Of a stretch of 56,312 nucleotides of DNA, positions 51,726 through 56,312 are shown in pieces (the stretch's first letter is position 1; every line of letters begins with the position of its first letter). This DNA is from Intoshia linei (Eukaryota > Animalia > Orthonectida): positions 1-56,312 of the forward strand of contig LWCA01000089.1 in NCBI GenBank assembly GCA_001642005.1, read 5' to 3'. The notes under the pieces were generated by a model, which saw only the letters and a list, made by a program, of their open reading frames with translations, searched no databases and was not told where the DNA came from. Both the position numbers and the translations under genes were made by a program.

Positions 51726-53214
51726 TACTATTTACAACTCAATAATGCAATGGTAAAATACAATAATGTAATAGTGAAATACAATTATGTTACTAAAATA
51801 CTTTTAAGTTTTAATTTACTAATTTATTGTTATTATCGTTTAAACATTGAACGTGCCATTTTCTCATAGTTTCATATATGACTCCAAGCAAAAATAACAA
51901 AAGTACTGTAGAAATTAGAAGATGTATTATTGAAACCCATAATGATGGTGGGGACTGAAAAAGGGTATCAAAACCAGAACGGCATATTCATGAATAGAGA
52001 AACAAATGTACTATTTAAGGGATAAGGGTGGAGCAACTCATACAAAAAAATCACCTGAAATCGTTTCTTTGTTAGTAATTATCAATTATATGTTTAAAAA
52101 ATTTATAAAATCCTAACTTATCTACATGTGTATAGTTTGCTGAATTTAATCTGTGATGATTACACCATTACATTGATTGAATGTTTGAATCAAATTAAAG
52201 AAAAATTCAATGTAATTGTATGCCATAACACGATAAAGAATTGGCTAGATTGTGAATTGATTACATTAAAAAAAATTCGACCATTACATATAAATATGAA
52301 TAATCCAGAAAATAAACTAAAGAGAATTCAATACGTAAATACATATATTTAGTTTGATATATTTAAATATTAACATAAACGAATCGTTTATTTGAGGCTA
52401 GATCAGAGGGCCGTACGTTACTGTAAATTGATGAAACAAATTTCAATTTATTTTGTCGTAGAAATGAGAGTAGATCCAAGATTGGTTGTAGATCAAATAT
52501 TATAACAGCGAGGTATTTAAATTCATAAGTTTAAGTTTTCATAATTAATAATTTAGCAGTAAGGGGTCTAATCTTCATTGCATTTCAGCAATGACATCCA
52601 ACAGAATGTTACTTTTCCAGAATCGTCGAGGTTCGTACTCAGGTGATGATTGTCAACATTGGTTTCGTGGATTAATTAATTGTTGCTTACAATTGAGTAT
52701 TTCTTCACCTACATTTGTAATAGACAATGCTCCTATCCACAGTCGCCTCGAAACAGTAATATCAGCTGATGGTGTGGAATTGCTTAAATTGGCCCCCTTA
52801 CTCGTTTCTGCTCAATCCAATAGAATTGGCATGGAGTTGTTATAAAAGTGAAATCAAAAAAAACTAAAGGAGAGAATGACAAAAATAATAGAATACAGGC
52901 GAACAGGAGGAGTTTCTATATGTGAATATAGAATGCGAATCCTGAAATCAATCGCTCAAGAATGTGTAATTTTATAATAATATTAACAAATATATTATAT
53001 AGATAACTAACTCCTTTAAAATTAATTGGATTTATCAATCACGTTGAAAAATATTACCCGTCCATAATGAGAGGTGAAGATTTGGTGGAAAAATAAAAAA
53101 ATTTATAAAAAAACACCTAAATGAATTCAAAAAATTGATGTTGTATTATAAATCTCAAAATTTTTTAGTTTCTTAGTTGTATTTCACTATTGCATTATTG
53201 AGTTGTAAATAGTA
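51726..53214 (+). mobile_element. Full-length decayed Tc1/mariner element with an intron-containing transposase
   Basis: ~36-bp TIRs TACTATTTACAACTCAATAATGCAAT... / ...ATTGCATTATTGAGTTGTAAATAGTA and TA TSD. Motifs IDETNF, IDNAPIHS and APYSFLLNPIE (about DD32E after one frameshift). Confidence 0.9.
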
Positions 53215-53460
53215 TAGATGTTAAACACTACAGTGGTACCAGTATTGTATAGTATCATAGGGGTATGAATTTAGTTCCAAAATCCGCCTACTCCGCTATG
53301 GCATGTCCTAACTCGTACATGTATTTAGCCACTCGCCTTTATTTCAAAGGTGTGCTTACTTTAGGAAAAACTCGTCTTTGAGAAACATCTTATCATCCGA
53401 TGATTCTCCTTGCAGTTAGAACAAGTATGTTGGAAGCGGTTAATCCAGACAGCGAGTAAT

Positions 53461-54221
53461 TTCATGAGAGAAAAAAAATCATCTTTATTGATGAAACTAA
53501 CTTCAATTTATTTTGCCGAAGAACAAAAGGTTGGGCTTTAAAGGGTCGAAGAGCAATCATCCATCTTCCAAACAGCAAAGGACCTAATATCCATTTAATA
53601 TCAGGGATGACATCTACTGGTTTAGTTTATCCAATAATTAAAAGAGGTAGTTTAAGAAATGAAGGAGCTCATCAATGGCTAAAAGAAATGTTAAATACTT
53701 TTCGAAATCAAGGAAATGAATTCAATAATACTGTTGTTGTGTGTGATAATGCATCATGCCATTCAAGGTTAGAATCAATTTTGGAAAATGAAATTGATTC
53801 AGATGTCGAAATTATAAGATTAGCTCCTTATTCCTGTGTTCTAAATCCCATTGAGAATGCTTGGAGTAAAATAAAATCAGTTATTAAAGAGCATATATCA
53901 AGAAAGAGTACAAGTATTGTTAATCCTATAAGTGAAATTAATATGGGAGAACAGAGATTAATCTGGCTGGAATAAAAAATGGAAATCTCTTTATTAACAA
54001 TATCTCAATCGGAATGTAATAATTATATTAATCACGCAACTTCCTATCATTATCGAGCGCTAGATAAAGAAGATATGCCAGTTAATTCTTAATTAATTAA
54101 AATTTATTATTGATATTAATTTTTATGTATTATTGTAATTATTTATTTCAAAATACTTTTGAAATTTTTTTTGAAATTAAAGTGATAACTTTTGAAATTA
54201 AAATGGAAATGGTGTAGTGTA
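53461..54221 (+). mobile_element. 5'-truncated Tc1/mariner element with an intronless DD35E transposase
   Basis: IFIDETNFNL, CDNASCHS and APYSCVLNPIENAWS, with 35 residues between D and E. One internal stop near 53973. Confidence 0.85.
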
Positions 54222-54713
54222 GTATCTAGGATATAGTTGTGAAGATATTTTATTAAATTATTTAAATTGAATTGTAATTATAAATGACGGATATTAAAAC
54301 TAGTTTATTTTTATTATCTACTAACGAAACATGACTGTACTTTGAATGTATATTATTACTAGGGCAAGTATAAATATAAGTCCAAAAAGACAAAATTGCA
54401 CAGATTGATTCGAAGATTCTTACGAGTATCATGATATTAATATTATGCCAATTAAAAATATAATTTTTTTATATCGTGATGTCCAAAAAGTAAGAATTTT
54501 AAAAATAAAGTACAAAAAGTTAAATATTACATATAAATATTAAACGTAAATACTCCAATGAGTTCAAAAACGTTGACATTAATTTACATTTCATTATCTG
54601 TGATACATAAATTTGTGTTTATCATATAAAAATGTATTATGTGGATAACCATCGAAAATGTAGAAACATAATAATAACATTAATCCAAATTCACTAATTA
54701 TCAGTAATTTTAG

Positions 54714-55131
54714 GGTAAACAGAAATTTTTAAACAAAATCTTATTCTACTTAAAGGGAAGTGCTCCTCGATGGGAATTGTCAACCCTGTTTTTATAATGG
54801 ACAATGCAAGAATTCATCATTATAAAGGTATATTATAGAATTATATAATACTTAAACATTGTATTTTAAAGGCCTTTCAGAAACAATATACAATTTAAAC
54901 CTCCATCTGAGATACCTTCCACCTTATTCACCATTTCTTAATCCTATAGAAAACGTATTCAGCGTATGGAAAAATTCGGTAAAACGTGCCTGCGTTCAAA
55001 CTAAATTACAACTCAAAATTCAAATATCATCAGCCTTTGAAGATATAACAGAAACACATTATGATAGTTTTTATCGCAAAATAATACCTTACTTGCCGAG
55101 ATGTGAAAGAAATAATGTCATCAGTAAATAA
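54714..55131 (+). mobile_element. Tc1 DD34E transposase 3' part with an intron at 54828-54871
   Basis: FIMDNARIHHYK-G|LSETI...YLPPYSPFLNPIENVFSVWK. Splicing gives exactly 34 residues between D and E. Confidence 0.85.
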
Positions 55132-55366
55132 CTTAAATGTATATTATTACATTATACATTGCATTAAATTAAAATATATTTACTAATCTTTATTTACATA
55201 TATTTAATACAGTAATTGATTACTGGTACCCGTGGCTCAGAATTATCTTAAATATAATGTTCAGACCGACATATGTTGAACGATCATTAAAATATAAAAA
55301 TATAAACAATGTAAATACAATAAAATGTATGAAATATGAGTATCATTTTATGATTCATTTATAGAT

Positions 55367-55545
55367 ATGCCAAAAAGAAGCAGTAATTCAGAACTGGCAG
55401 AAATATACTGTGCTGTTTAAATTTGTACAAAAAGACCGACATGCGATTAAGTGTAAATACTGCAACGCCACTTTAAGTCTAAAAAAAGTACGATTGAGAA
55501 TCACTCTAAAAGTACCATACATATTGAGAATGCCCAGATGTAGTA
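55367..55545 (+). mobile_element. hAT (CGGBP1-like) transposase N-terminal zinc-finger remnant
   Basis: MPKRSS...IKCKYCNATLS.KKSTIENHSKSTIH across frameshifts. Confidence 0.5.
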
Positions 55546-55870
55546 ATTGCAATAGACGATGATTCCAGCTCAGTTAAAAATTCAGAATTTATAAAGAACC
55601 TAGCAATTTTTTACGGCATCAGCTCACCTTGGGAATCTTGACCATAAAAAGGGGAATTTAAAAATAATAATAAATATTTTTATAATAAGCAAATAATGTT
55701 GTTAGTGTGAACAAACTTCGTGTTACATAATTCATAACGAAAGTAAACTAAGTGCGTGTCAATTCATACTACAATGTATAATGTTGATATAATTATAACT
55801 ATTGACAATTGTCGATAAACATCATTTTTATATTATTGCTTCATTGTTCATGTTTCAAGCTGTCAAAACT

Positions 55871-56312
55871 ATGTCTCTAAAAAAAAGGACCTACAATGAA
55901 TCGTACATCGAATATGGATTTGTATCGATTTTAGTGAATGGTGTGCTACAACCGCAGTGTGTGATATGTAACAAAATATTATCCAACGATTCAATGAAAC
56001 CTACCAAATTGAAGCAAACCTTGTAAAATGTTCACTCTCAATTCCAAAACAAGCCAAAGGATTTTTTCGAACGTCATTCTGGGAGTCTTAAGAAAATGAA
56101 ATTAAACATAAAAGAAATGGTTCACCCAAATAAAAAAGCCCTTGAAGCTTCGTACGTCGTCTCACTGGAGATCGTCAAGCATAAAAAACCCCATACTATT
56201 GGAGAAATTTTGATCAAACCTTGTGCCCTCAGTATGGTTGAAATTATGCTAGGAAAAAAATTCTCCAAAAAACTGGAATGTATTCCATTGTCGAATAGCA
56301 GTGTCCAGAGGC
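55871..56312 (+). mobile_element. hAT Buster/Charlie (ZBED5/ZBED8-like) transposase, 5' part, with in-frame stop at 56024
   Basis: KRTYNESYIEYGF, PQCVICNKILSNDSMKPTKL, EASYVVSLEIVKHKKPHTIGEILIKP and IPLSNSSVQR. Confidence 0.9.

Larger units (their letters stand above)
50816..53458 (+). pseudogene. Endogenous rhabdovirus-like nucleoprotein (N) gene with spliceosomal introns, disrupted by Tc1 sequences
   Basis: Peptides EIKQCVYYKWRNGRVVEIYI, EYMRQPLYDYLT, VRLATICTRGKD and ELIKMF...YHRGMNLVPKSAYSAMACP parallel VSV N DLRGYVYQGLKSGNVSIIHV, EYRKKLMDGLT, FRYGTIVSRFKD and EMVQMM...YLIDFGLSSKSPYSSVKNP (recalled from memory). Introns at 51275-51311, 51465-51506, 53350-53415 and possibly 50837-50876. 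Confidence 0.8.

Noticed and set aside
51950-52440. TGA at two expected Trp positions in the Tc1 transposase, suggesting an alternative genetic code
   Set aside because: Other Trp codons in the same element and in host genes are TGG, and host genes end in TGA (PRPF4, RPL36). This is mutational decay.
1-56312. tRNA, rRNA, snRNA, CRISPR arrays and U12-type introns
   Set aside because: None recognised by eye; the introns I delimited in host genes are GT-AG without the U12 donor consensus.

Overview
AT-rich animal genomic DNA with compact genes and very short GT-AG introns (mostly about 35-65 nt), with longer introns filled by MITEs. This architecture resembles a reduced parasitic metazoan such as an orthonectid; that is an inference and was not tested. 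Host genes in order: WDR43/UTP5 (+), ARL3 (-), SLC25A39/40 (+), two tandem XK-related membrane genes (+), a PH-domain gene (+), RPL36 (-) head-to-head with PRPF4 (+), a 5-HT1-like GPCR (+) tail-to-tail with G-alpha-q (-), CCT2 (-), and the last two exons of BRD7/9 (-). Mobile DNA includes hAT, Tc1/mariner, piggyBac and Mutator-like MITEs, a non-autonomous Helitron family, and Ty3/gypsy remnants. The main discovery is in the 48.7-56.3 kb transposon cluster, where every recognisable fragment lies on the + strand. It holds a rhabdovirus-like nucleoprotein (N) gene, split by a Tc1 insertion and interrupted by host-sized spliceosomal introns. The neighbouring Tc1 transposases also carry such introns. 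A second possible mononegaviral fragment (L-protein methyltransferase) lies at about 2.4-3.2 kb. All protein identifications come from manual translation and motifs recalled from memory; no database search was run. Gene coordinates span first to last coding base including introns.
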